Source of the DNA: Victivallales bacterium
GTDB taxonomy: Bacteria > Verrucomicrobiota > Lentisphaeria > Victivallales > SZUA-371
DNA length: 64,000 nt
Reading direction: 5' to 3'
Assembly: GCA_963677165.2 (NCBI GenBank)
Contig: CAXXSX010000002.1
Location: forward strand, 421,988 to 485,987
Shown here: piece after piece, positions 25,168-33,434 of the stretch
Layout: each line of letters begins with the position of its first letter
Numbering within the stretch: the stretch's first letter is position 1
Notes under the pieces: generated by a model
What the model was told of the DNA's origin: nothing
The model's database searches: none
The model's input: only the letters and a program-made list of their open reading frames with translations
Translations under genes and position numbers: made by a program

Positions 25168-25525
25168 CTAGATATATCAGAGAAGATCGAGACGGAAGGT
25201 CAAGAGCCGTTCGCTGGCCAACACCACTTGGTACCAGCTATCCGTCCGATCTTCAGACCGGACTCAGCACCTAAGGCTGGTAACCTCATTCAATGGTGGA
25301 CGCGCTCTTGACACGACGCAGATAATCTACACTCAAAATAAAACGGTTCAAGCAGAGCACCTAAAATACGGCTTAAGCCGTGAACCTCAAAAAGCCTCGA
25401 ACCCCACGTAACCTCCTGCGATTGTGCAGTACGGCCCCTACAGGCGCACCTAACATACGGCTCAAGCCGTAAGAGCCGCCCCAAAACATCTGACAGAAAA
25501 AATTTACTCGCCCCCGCCTCCTTTT
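25168..25525 (-). other. ORF-poor, hairpin- and repeat-rich segment. Candidates are a structured ncRNA, a cos packaging site, or an att arm.
   Basis: A 114-nt extended hairpin is closed by GTCAAGAGC (25199-25207) and GCTCTTGAC (25304-25312). Two ACGGCTYAAGCCGT hairpins lie at 25368-25381 and 25457-25470. A GC island CTCGCCCCCGCCTCC (25507-25521) sits between A/T runs. Only weak TTG-start ORFs are present. Confidence 0.35.
25267..25453. repeat. Three direct copies of GCACCTAA spaced 90 and 89 bp apart
   Basis: Copies lie at 25267-25274, 25357-25364 and 25446-25453. Copies 2 and 3 extend to GCACCTAAnATACGGCTyAAGCCGTrA. Related G(T/G)AACCTC motifs also recur nearby. Confidence 0.6.
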
Positions 25526-25701
25526 TTTATGCAAAAATGTTAATTTGCGAAACCGGATTATGCAGGATCTAACCAGAAATTAATTTTCACAAAGTGAAAG
25601 CAATGAAAAAATGAAGTATTCAAGAAAAGCGGCTCACATACATTTTCACATACAAATAGATCACTCAGAGGAGTCCTAAAGGAAAATTTTGAGGGAGAAA
25701 G

Positions 25702-25791
25702 TGGCGGAGGGGGTGGGATTCGAACCCACGGAGGCGTTAACCTCGGCGGTTTTCAAGACCGCTGCCTTAAACCAGACTCGACCACCCCTCC
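25702..25791 (-). tRNA. tRNA-Ser (anticodon UGA)
   Basis: Folded by hand. Acceptor GGAGGGG/CCCCTCC, anticodon arm GCGGT-CTTGAAA-ACCGC, long variable arm, T arm GTGGG-TTCGAAT-CCCAC, encoded CCA. Confidence 0.9.
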
Positions 25792-25823
25792 GGGGAATGA
25801 TCTAACAATCATCTTTGAGCTGC

Positions 25824-25853
25824 ATAATATGACACCATAATAACGTTTGTCAA
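25824..25853 (-). promoter_or_regulatory. Sigma70-like promoter for tRNA-Ser(UGA)
   Basis: On the minus strand: TTGACA (25853-25848), 18-nt spacer, TATTAT (25829-25824). This is about 30 nt upstream of the tRNA 5' end. Confidence 0.5.
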
Positions 25854-26008
25854 GCAGAAAAACAAAAAATCCATAGATTGAGTCGTTTTGAGATCAAAAT
25901 GACTCTGTTTGGATTATAGTAGTGCAAGACTTGCCAAGCCCGTACTCGGCTGATGAATGATTAAATATCCAAGTAATATTACGCCGCTGGTGCGGGTAAG
26001 TCAGCTTC

Positions 26009-26201
26009 GCCGAAACTCGGCCTACCGTCTCCTATCCCAAACAAGCTAAAGAGTCTTGCGAAATGAGACGTAATAGGTAGGGCGCGCTCTCCGCAGCGCG
26101 CCGTTTTCCATAATTTTGTGCTCAGGCACAAAATTGCGGACGGTTACGGAGAACCGTCCCTACCCAATAAACTGCATTTCGCACGAGTCTCAAACAAGCT
26201 A
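26009..26201. repeat. REP/REPIN-like cluster: three GTAG-headed hairpins, two forming an inverted doublet around a central hairpin, flanked by an 11-bp direct repeat
   Basis: GTAG+GGCGCGCT-CTCCGC-AGCGCGCC (26077-26102, plus strand). GTAG+GGACGGTT-CTCCGT-AACCGTCC (26163-26138, minus strand). GTAG+GCCGA-GTT-TCGGC (26025-26009, minus strand). Central hairpin AATTTTGTGC-TCAG-GCACAAAATT (26112-26135). CAAACAAGCTA occurs at 26038-26048 and 26191-26201. Confidence 0.6.
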
Positions 26202-26338
26202 TTATAAAAAAATAAAGTAACGCATTAGCAAGAAAGCAGCATAAATTCTCACTTCCTTGCCAAACCTGATTGAAAAAGCTAAAATAGCATTTATCATTAT
26301 TGACTGAACCTAAAATAAACTTATAGGAAAAATTGACA

Positions 26339-27298
26339 ATGATACGAAAAGTTAAAAGAAATAGCTTCCAAGCATATTTTAATCAAACTCTATATTCTTC
26401 TATTATCACGTTAGTACTCTGTCTTTTCACCAGTGCATCTTGCGCCGAAAATAATAATCTTTACTCAAAAATAGAAAAAGACGTCCATTACGAATACAGA
26501 AAAGACAGTTCAAGAAACGTTTTCGACTTGTATTTTCCCGCCAAAGGGAAAAAACCTTATCCGACCCATATCTATATTCATGGCGGAGGCTGGGTTGGAG
26601 GCTCCAAAGGCATCGGCGGAAACGTGAAAACAGTTTTCCGAAAACTGGCGAAGGCCGGTTTTTTAGGAATTGCGGTTGAATACCGTTTGGCCAACAGAAA
26701 AACGGGACCCTATCTCCGCACATGCGTTGTCGATTGCATGGATGCCTTACGCTATATATTCTCCCATGCCAAAGAATATAACATTGACACCAATAATGTA
26801 TTTGTCTGGGGAGGTTCTGCCGGAGGACAGCTTTCGCTGCTTTGTGCTACCGCGCCATCGTCAACCTTTCCCGGAGGTGTTCAGGAGCCCCAAAGCGGCA
26901 TTCATTTCAAGGGTGTTGTGGCCTGGTATCCACCCACTGATATGCTTCACTATGAAGAAATTTCCGTCAAATATAATAAAAAACTGCGTGATCTCAGCAA
27001 ACGCATCGGACGAACTGTCGAAAACGACCCGGTCGCATTTATCGAAGTCAGTCCTCTTGCTCACCTGACCCAAAATGATCCGGTTATGCGGATATTTCAT
27101 GGAGACCACGACACGGTGGTTAACATTCAACATTCCATTCGCTTTGCAGACAAAGCCAAAAAGCTAGGCGTACCCTGTGAGTTGATCGTAATCAAGAATG
27201 CCAATCACGGTTTCAGCGGCAAAAAGATTGATCCCGGCATTGACTTCATTACCAATGCTACGGCCAAATTCTTTATCGATCTTGCCTCAAAAAAATAG
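26339..27298 (+). CDS. Secreted alpha/beta-hydrolase esterase (HGGG / GxSxG type)
   Basis: Signal peptide (ITLVLCLFTSASCAEN), HGGGWVGGS oxyanion motif, GGSAGG nucleophile elbow, and later HGDHD and NANHGF. The ATG at 26339 is preferred to the TTG at 26333. Confidence 0.75.
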   Translation: MIRKVKRNSFQAYFNQTLYSSIITLVLCLFTSASCAENNNLYSKIEKDVHYEYRKDSSRNVFDLYFPAKGKKPYPTHIYIHGGGWVGGSKGIGGNVKTVFRKLAKAGFLGIAVEYRLANRKTGPYLRTCVVDCMDALRYIFSHAKEYNIDTNNVFVWGGSAGGQLSLLCATAPSSTFPGGVQEPQSGIHFKGVVAWYPPTDMLHYEEISVKYNKKLRDLSKRIGRTVENDPVAFIEVSPLAHLTQNDPVMRIFHGDHDTVVNIQHSIRFADKAKKLGVPCELIVIKNANHGFSGKKIDPGIDFITNATAKFFIDLASKK

Positions 27299-27516
27299 TA
27301 AAGATTTCTCCGCAGCAAAGTGAGACATAATTTGAAATTTTGCGATTGAGCATACTCGCAAAGTATAAATGAGCTTAAATTCAAAATATGTCTATAAAAA
27401 CAAAAATTCTTGTGAAGACTTTTGCTATTGGCTCAACTGAATGGCCTGCCATCCGTAGCGGGTAATCTTGTACCGTAAGAGAAGAACTTCCTCTCTTTCC
27501 TGCAGGTCCAGAATCA

Positions 27517-28695
27517 TCATACCTGGTTTTGCTGTATCTCCTTCATTAATTTAGTGGAAACCACCAGGCAGCGCGGCAAATGAAAGAAGGTTTTCCATTT
27601 TCCACCTTTCAGCAGATGGGTCGGTTCTCCTCGACGATTGAGGTATCCGAACCATTCTCCATACTGTGGGTCGGGGAAATGATTCCAGGTCCACTCATCA
27701 ATACGCTTAAACCATGTCAGGAAATCCTGATCATTAGTCATCTTGTAGGCATATAGACAGGCAATCAACGCTTCGTTATGAACCCACCATAATTTCATGT
27801 CCCATTGTAATTCAATATGGGGTTTTCCAAGAACATCCATAAAATAATAGAGTCCGCCAAATTCACGGTCCCAGCCAAATTCAAGCGTGTTTTTGATGAT
27901 TTCAGCAATACCGCGAACCTTTTCCGCATCGGGTGCAACAGTGTCAAAATAATGCAGCATGAACCACATCGCTTCCAGCACATGACCCGGATTGAGCATC
28001 CGGCCCTCGCAACTATCAAGATCCCGGGAACCGTCCGGCAGGATATTTTCAAAGACAAGACCGGTCTCACTGTCCTTAAACTTTGTGAAAACAATATCAG
28101 CAGCCTCCGCGACACGGACACGGTAAGTATCCTCGCCAAGACATGAATCCATCAGTAATCCGAGATTTGCCTGCATCATATAGTGTCCTAACGACAAATA
28201 CCGGCATTTTCCCGGCAGACTTTTCTCCCATTGTCCTTTCGGATTATCGATCCGTGACAGATAACTATTCATTGCCTCAACAGCAGCATCGCGATATCTA
28301 CTTTCACCCGTAGAGCGGTAAAGTACCGCCGCTCCCATCGCCGCAAAACAGTCGGAATAAATATTATATGGAGCAATTGCCGGCTCCCCGGCACGGTTAA
28401 GCGCAAAATAATACGTTCCGTTTTCTGACCGACCGTTCTTATAAAGAAACTCAAATCCCCGCCTGGATATATCAAGCCAATGTGGCTGACTGTATTCCGA
28501 TAGATATAGTTCTCCGAACATATACACAATACGCCACTGCATCCACATATATTTTGTAGAGTCGTAGACCGAACCATCGCGATCCAGGGAAGTAAAATAG
28601 CCGCCGAAATCCAGGTCAATACAGTTTTTCTCCCAAAACGGAATTACGGAGTTTATTAATTCTTTCTCATAACGTTCTAAATATTCTGTAAACAT
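27517..28695 (-). CDS. N-acylglucosamine 2-epimerase (AGE) family protein
   Basis: 392 aa. The N-terminus (...LINSVIPFWEKNCIDLDFGGYFTSLDRDGSVYDSTKYMWMQWR) is typical of the AGE / cellobiose 2-epimerase (alpha/alpha)6 family. Confidence 0.8.
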   Translation of the reverse strand: MFTEYLERYEKELINSVIPFWEKNCIDLDFGGYFTSLDRDGSVYDSTKYMWMQWRIVYMFGELYLSEYSQPHWLDISRRGFEFLYKNGRSENGTYYFALNRAGEPAIAPYNIYSDCFAAMGAAVLYRSTGESRYRDAAVEAMNSYLSRIDNPKGQWEKSLPGKCRYLSLGHYMMQANLGLLMDSCLGEDTYRVRVAEAADIVFTKFKDSETGLVFENILPDGSRDLDSCEGRMLNPGHVLEAMWFMLHYFDTVAPDAEKVRGIAEIIKNTLEFGWDREFGGLYYFMDVLGKPHIELQWDMKLWWVHNEALIACLYAYKMTNDQDFLTWFKRIDEWTWNHFPDPQYGEWFGYLNRRGEPTHLLKGGKWKTFFHLPRCLVVSTKLMKEIQQNQV

Positions 28696-28713
28696 TTTCT
28701 TTTTCTCCTTTTA

Positions 28714-28729
28714 GAACAAACGTGTGTTC
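28714..28729. promoter_or_regulatory. LacI-type palindromic operator upstream of the AGE gene
   Basis: GAACAAACGTGTGTTC, a CG-centred 16-mer 19 nt upstream of the AGE start. It recurs at 29768-29783. Confidence 0.55.
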
Positions 28730-28773
28730 TATATTTAATAAAATAACTCAATGCCTATATCAATTAGTAAAAT

Positions 28774-29745
28774 TTAAGCGGTTGATCTCATAACGATATG
28801 AGGAACCAGAGCCTCGTCTAACTCACTGTTTCCGTAAATTAGATTAATTAGTTTTGTAACAGCCCGTTGTCCCTGTTCACGAAACGGCTGATGAATCGTG
28901 GTAAGTGGCGGGTCAACAAGGGATGTAAGCTGAAGGTCATCATATCCGACCAGCAGCACATCTCTTCCAGGTTCCAATCCGGCAGCCCGAATATAGCGGA
29001 GACAATACATTGCATCTTCATCGGTAGTAGCAAAAACCCCGACAGGAAATTGCCCTCCGCTGTCTTGAAAATTCTGTAGCCACGAAGTTAATTCCGATGA
29101 GGCAATCTCGCGTCGATCACAGTCAGATAGATCATCGATAAAAGCCGAAGTTCTGGGAGAGAATGCCGTTGTTGCCAGATAAACGGAACAGGAATGCCTT
29201 TTCAGGCAATCTGCCGCAGCCTGCACTCCAGCCTTCTCATCCATATAGAGAACAGGCAGTTTCGGATCATTCTGTGGGACGGCATTTAGCAATATTGCCT
29301 TCCCTCCTGAAGAATTATATTCCTTGAATAATTCGCTGATCGTATCAGAAGTATTTATATCAAAAGGATAAGAAATTATACCAGACGACGGATTCCTTAT
29401 ATTATCACGGATAAACCCGGCATAGGATTTATAACTCAGGCCAAAATAGAAGTTCAATGGAAAGCCATTTTCCGCAGCAGTCTCTGAAATACCCGTCATT
29501 AGATCTGCAATCAGCCGATTTGAATATTCCGGCAGAAAAACTCCAATCGTTGCGGAACGCCCCCGTTTCATAAATTCCGCGATCCGGTTATGACGGAATC
29601 CCAAACGCTGTGCGGTTTCCTCCACTAACTGTTTCGTAGCGGGAGATACTCTCGCATTAGCATCCGGATTCGGATTAAGCGCCCGGGACACAACTGAATG
29701 GGATAAATTAAGTTCCCTGGCTATATCTTTTATCGTAATCATCAA
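28774..29745 (-). CDS. LacI-family transcriptional regulator
   Basis: N-terminal HTH (ITIKDIARELNLSHSVVSRALN), then a periplasmic-binding-protein-like sugar-binding fold. Confidence 0.85.
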   Translation of the reverse strand: MMITIKDIARELNLSHSVVSRALNPNPDANARVSPATKQLVEETAQRLGFRHNRIAEFMKRGRSATIGVFLPEYSNRLIADLMTGISETAAENGFPLNFYFGLSYKSYAGFIRDNIRNPSSGIISYPFDINTSDTISELFKEYNSSGGKAILLNAVPQNDPKLPVLYMDEKAGVQAAADCLKRHSCSVYLATTAFSPRTSAFIDDLSDCDRREIASSELTSWLQNFQDSGGQFPVGVFATTDEDAMYCLRYIRAAGLEPGRDVLLVGYDDLQLTSLVDPPLTTIHQPFREQGQRAVTKLINLIYGNSELDEALVPHIVMRSTA

Positions 29746-29767
29746 ATACAGGCCTCTTTTTAATAAA

Positions 29768-29783
29768 AAACAAACGTGTGTTC
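29768..29783. promoter_or_regulatory. Second copy of the LacI-type operator, upstream of the LacI gene itself
   Basis: AAACAAACGTGTGTTC. 15 of 16 positions are identical to the copy at 28714-28729. It lies 23 nt upstream of the LacI start. Confidence 0.55.
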
Positions 29784-29956
29784 TGTATTAAATATAAATC
29801 CACTCGCTCCAAAAACAATATGAGTTTTAATATAATTGGTTTTAATCTTTGAAATTTGCTACCTGAGTCTTATCTCGTTGATATAACGACCTGATAGAGA
29901 TCCTATGCCCATAATTTAACGTTTACAGAAAAAATACAGAAAAAAATTTTTTTCTC

Positions 29957-29987
29957 TTGACAAACCCCATAAGGTATCATAAGGTAT
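29957..29987 (+). promoter_or_regulatory. Promoter-like TTGACA plus a tandem 10-bp direct repeat upstream of the GntR-PBP regulator
   Basis: TTGACA at 29957-29962. CATAAGGTAT occurs twice in tandem (29968-29987). A possible -10 element TAAGGT follows after a 17-nt spacer. Confidence 0.4.
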
Positions 29988-30033
29988 TAATACAATATAA
30001 AATAAAACCTTTAATCATGAATTATAATTAATT

Positions 30034-31146
30034 ATGCATAATAAACAAAAAGAATTGACTGCCGATTTTTCATCTCCGGCATATATCCGGATGGTTGACT
30101 ATCTAACGGAAAAAATCCGTTCTGGGAGTCTGCAACATGGAGAAATATTACCTCCGGAAAAGAAGCTGGCTGAACAATTGAGCTGCAGTCGAGTAACATT
30201 GCGGCACGCATTACAGATTCTTGAGCAGAAAGGATTAATCATTAAACGTCGAGGGCGCAATGGCGGTAATTTTATTAGTTACAGGCCAGATCCGGCCAAT
30301 GTAAAAAGAAAAAATATTGGTTTGATAAGCAATATCACCTCCCCGGCTACAGAACCGTATTTTCTTCATCTATTATCAGGAATTCAGAATGAACTAGTGG
30401 ACAAAGCGAAGCTGCACCTCATTGCGAAGGAAAGCAGGGAATTCCAGGATGTTATGAATGATAACACTATTGATGGCATGTTGCTCATCGGGTGTGGGCG
30501 ATCAGATGAACAAATATATGAATATCTTGAACGAACAGGTATGCCCCATACTATAATCAATTCATACTTTGACTTCTATACCAACCGAGGTTTTGTGTCA
30601 TGTGATTCCGACAACTTTGCCGGTGGGCTTGAAGCAATGAAACACCTCATAGAACTGGGGCATACCCAAATCGGCTACATCGGTTGCTCCAATGAGCGTT
30701 CAAATCAGCTGGATCGTTACAATGCATATAAGCATGCATTAAGCGAAAACAATATTCCATTCAATTCCGGCCTGGTCCATATCTGTGAAAACAATGCTCA
30801 AAACGGTTTCTCATACAATACTGCCATTGACATGTTACAACAAACAAACAAACCGACCGCAATTTTTGTTGCTGGTTATTATATGACGATTGAAGCAATT
30901 CAAGCAATCAAAGAGTGCAATTTACGCGTTCCGGATGATATTTCCATTGTGGGGTTCGACGATTTTAACATCAGTATGCACATTTCTCCACCACTAACTA
31001 CTGTGCGCCAGCCTCTTGAGGAAATTGGCCGGCAGTCAACCCAACAGCTTCTGGAATGGATTACTTCGGGTATAGTAAAAAATAGACAGTTGACATTACC
31101 AACAGAACTAATCATTCGTGGAAGTACGGCTCCGCTGAAAAATTAA
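30034..31146 (+). CDS. GntR-type HTH fused to a LacI/PBP-like sugar-binding domain (regulator)
   Basis: GEILPPEKKLAEQLSCSRVTLRHALQILEQKGLIIKRRGRNGGNFI is a GntR winged helix. The C-terminal region (...ISIVGFDDF...PPLTTVRQP) is a LacI-type ligand domain. Confidence 0.8.
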   Translation: MHNKQKELTADFSSPAYIRMVDYLTEKIRSGSLQHGEILPPEKKLAEQLSCSRVTLRHALQILEQKGLIIKRRGRNGGNFISYRPDPANVKRKNIGLISNITSPATEPYFLHLLSGIQNELVDKAKLHLIAKESREFQDVMNDNTIDGMLLIGCGRSDEQIYEYLERTGMPHTIINSYFDFYTNRGFVSCDSDNFAGGLEAMKHLIELGHTQIGYIGCSNERSNQLDRYNAYKHALSENNIPFNSGLVHICENNAQNGFSYNTAIDMLQQTNKPTAIFVAGYYMTIEAIQAIKECNLRVPDDISIVGFDDFNISMHISPPLTTVRQPLEEIGRQSTQQLLEWITSGIVKNRQLTLPTELIIRGSTAPLKN

Positions 31147-31310
31147 TTAATCATTAAGCTGTATAAGAAAATTTAAGGAAAACATATATGCTAAGATAAT
31201 ATAATCTGATCAGGCTACTTACCGTAAAGGCAAAACATTAAAATCAAATTACCCGACTGTTTTTAGTCGCAATATCATATAAAAAAATAAACCACAGGAG
31301 CTATAAAAAG

Positions 31311-32495
31311 ATGAATTATTATCCATGGAAGCAATTAAGATTTTTAGTCTTTCTGTCCTTGGGACTCGGTTTTATTGTACCCAATGTCCAGGCAAATGAC
31401 TTAACAAAAGTCGTAAAATCCAAAAACTTTAAATATCGAATTATGATCGACAAAGTAAATGGAACACCAAAGCTGAAGGAATCAGAATTTGCGCTAGTGG
31501 CAGCCCAGAAATTCAATATCATTTGTCCCCGCCACGGAGCAGAAGATCCGGTAACGGCGGAACGAAGCGCCAAACTGGCCGGCAAGTATAACCTCATGTG
31601 GATGGGATGGCTCCGAGGAACGCTTCGCACTTCTGACAAGGATGACCAATACACTCTGGAAGACGGGTTCACTTTTAACATATGCAGCCCTAACTCGAAA
31701 CGTCTTTATGACACCTTGAAAAAACGGATTATGACGTTAGCAAAGCTCTCTCTGCGTTATCCTGTACTAGGCGCATTTATGGATTTCGAACTATATGCCA
31801 GGCCACTTCCCAAAACCTACTGGTGTGGTCATGCATACACCTTCAGTTATGATCTTAACAGCTTGAAATCATATTGCCGGACTAAAGGCATAAAATTGCC
31901 TCCATTAACACCCGACAAGCGTGCAGACTGGCTCAACGGCAAGGGAAAACTGGACGACTACAAGCAATGGCAGATAAATGAATGGCGAAAATCGTTACAT
32001 GAACTGCGCGCTACTATTGATAAAGTCAATCCAGATTTTCAATTTGCCATATACCCGGGCCGCTGCTATACACGATATATCGACAAAGCCGTATGGCCGG
32101 AGCTAAGCACGAAACAGGCCCCCGCAATCTGCGCAGAACACTATACCTACGGCAAAGGAGCACCAAAAAAGGATACGAACAAAAACTACTGGAAGATTTC
32201 CGATGAGGAAGGACTTAAATTGAATAATGAGTTTATAATCCGCCGTCGTAATATATTCCGTTCAAGTCCCATTCCGTTCAAAATTATTGGGGGGCTTGAC
32301 CCAATCGACAAAGGAGGTAAAAATCCTGTTTTCATGGCGGCAACCGCCGTTCAAATGTCAAAAATAGGAAATGGCTACTGGGTTTTCTACGAAGGATTAA
32401 AAACTAATTCAATACTGTCAAAAAAATTCGAAAAGTGGTTTACTATTGCCAATGAAGCAATTGAAAACGGAACATTTCATATGCGGGTTTACTAA
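31311..32495 (+). CDS. Secreted hypothetical protein (possible glycan-active enzyme)
   Basis: Signal peptide (LVFLSLGLGFIVPNVQAND). 394 aa, no family recognised. It lies directly upstream of a pseudopilin-like gene. Confidence 0.6.
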   Translation: MNYYPWKQLRFLVFLSLGLGFIVPNVQANDLTKVVKSKNFKYRIMIDKVNGTPKLKESEFALVAAQKFNIICPRHGAEDPVTAERSAKLAGKYNLMWMGWLRGTLRTSDKDDQYTLEDGFTFNICSPNSKRLYDTLKKRIMTLAKLSLRYPVLGAFMDFELYARPLPKTYWCGHAYTFSYDLNSLKSYCRTKGIKLPPLTPDKRADWLNGKGKLDDYKQWQINEWRKSLHELRATIDKVNPDFQFAIYPGRCYTRYIDKAVWPELSTKQAPAICAEHYTYGKGAPKKDTNKNYWKISDEEGLKLNNEFIIRRRNIFRSSPIPFKIIGGLDPIDKGGKNPVFMAATAVQMSKIGNGYWVFYEGLKTNSILSKKFEKWFTIANEAIENGTFHMRVY

Positions 32496-32594
32496 ATGAA
32501 AACAGGCAGGATGTGCGTTCTCTACGCTCGTCCTGCTTGACATGTCACTTAATTAATATATAATTTTATAGAAAATAAATCGGAGTACAAAAAA

Positions 32595-33320
32595 ATGAAA
32601 AAAATTCATGATTTTACACTCATCGAATTGCTGGTCGTGGTAGCAATAATAGCTATTTTAGCCAGTTTGCTGCTCCCCTCTCTATCCAGAGCCAGAGATA
32701 TGGCAAAGACAGCAAGTTGCATCTCCAACCTGAAGCAGCAAGGTAATGCTATTATGCTATATAACTCAGATAATAATGGCTATATGCCGCTCGTGCAGGC
32801 AAATATTTTTGACTGGAACGGACCAAGCAAACGGCGATGCTGGATCCAACTAATTGAAAGCTATGTTGCCGGCGGGAGAAACCCGTGGGCACGTTATAAA
32901 AATTTGTCTCCAGCGCCAGTATTCTTCTGTCCCGGGGATAAGACTCATGCTCAAGTCTACACATATAGCAACTATGGCTCAACATTGACAGCAGGCAATT
33001 ACATGTATAACAGCAGACTTGGCGACTATGCCGGTTATCCAAGCAATCAGAATTATAAACCACGTCTAATCTCAAGGTGCAAATCGCCATCAACCTCAGC
33101 AACTACTGTGGACGGCAACTGCCAGTCTCTCGCCCGTATTAAATTCGATATTTCGTCTCGGGACTCATTGCTTCAGTATGTTGATATGCGACACAGCTCA
33201 AAAGGAGCCAATACACTTTTCGCTGATGGCCATGCTCAAACTTTACCAAAGCTAACATCAATGCCGGAAGCCACTATCTGGAAATATTTCTGGATAAACC
33301 ATTTGAATAATTGGCCCTAA
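32595..33320 (+). CDS. Pseudopilin-like protein: prepilin-type N-terminal segment plus a C-terminal H-X9-DG-type domain (DUF1559-like)
   Basis: [30 protein letters not shown] at the N-terminus, [15 protein letters not shown] at the C-terminus. Confidence 0.85.
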   Translation: MKKIHDFTLIELLVVVAIIAILASLLLPSLSRARDMAKTASCISNLKQQGNAIMLYNSDNNGYMPLVQANIFDWNGPSKRRCWIQLIESYVAGGRNPWARYKNLSPAPVFFCPGDKTHAQVYTYSNYGSTLTAGNYMYNSRLGDYAGYPSNQNYKPRLISRCKSPSTSATTVDGNCQSLARIKFDISSRDSLLQYVDMRHSSKGANTLFADGHAQTLPKLTSMPEATIWKYFWINHLNNWP

Positions 33321-33434
33321 TCTCTGCCGGCTTTAATATTCCCACATATTGTTCAATAACTTATCTGTCTTTTTAACAGACTGACAGGCTTTTACTATAC
33401 ATAATTCAATGATAAAAAAATTTCAGGAGTATAA

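Larger units (their letters stand above)
1..25701. mobile_element. P2-family myovirus prophage, right-hand ~25 kb. The left end is outside the window. The right end lies somewhere between 25110 and the tRNA-Ser at 25702.
   Basis: Contiguous P2-type gene set: Ogr, gpP, gpO, gpN, gpM, gpL, gpR, gpS, sheath, tube, E/E', tape measure, W/J/I, gpQ, gpH/G, gpU/D/V. It is followed by orphan methyltransferases and a tRNA gene. By eye it is more GC-rich than the sugar loci to the right. Confidence 0.85.

Noticed and set aside
25393-25425. tRNA-Ser-like fragment (TCGAACCCCACG...TAACCTC resembles the T-loop and variable arm of the adjacent tRNA), considered as an att duplicate
   Set aside because: Only about 12 + 7 nt match. 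No T-stem or acceptor pairing can be drawn. The fragment does not include the tRNA 3' end that integrases normally duplicate.
25267-25470. Periodic ~90-bp repeats considered as a mini CRISPR array
   Set aside because: The shared core is only 8 nt, or about 27 nt for two of the three copies. There are only three copies, the flanks are not spacer-like, and no cas genes or leader are present.
25126-25484. Two ORFs in the track (25126-25311 plus strand, 61 aa; 25290-25484 minus strand, 64 aa) that could be small phage proteins
   Set aside because: Both start at TTG with no RBS. They run straight through the terminator stem, the 114-nt hairpin and the GCACCTAA repeats. The minus-strand one has an Arg/Cys-rich composition typical of non-coding GC-rich palindromes. 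The region is better treated as non-coding. The plus-strand one is not excluded with certainty.
25381-25500. Group II intron domain V or tmRNA. On the minus strand, GAGCCGTATG resembles the start of domain V, and GGGGCGGCTC resembles a tmRNA 5' end.
   Set aside because: The required 3' partner (…ACGTACGGYTC) for domain V is absent and no IEP/RT ORF is present. There is no tRNA-like 3' domain (T arm plus CCA) and no tag reading frame for a tmRNA.
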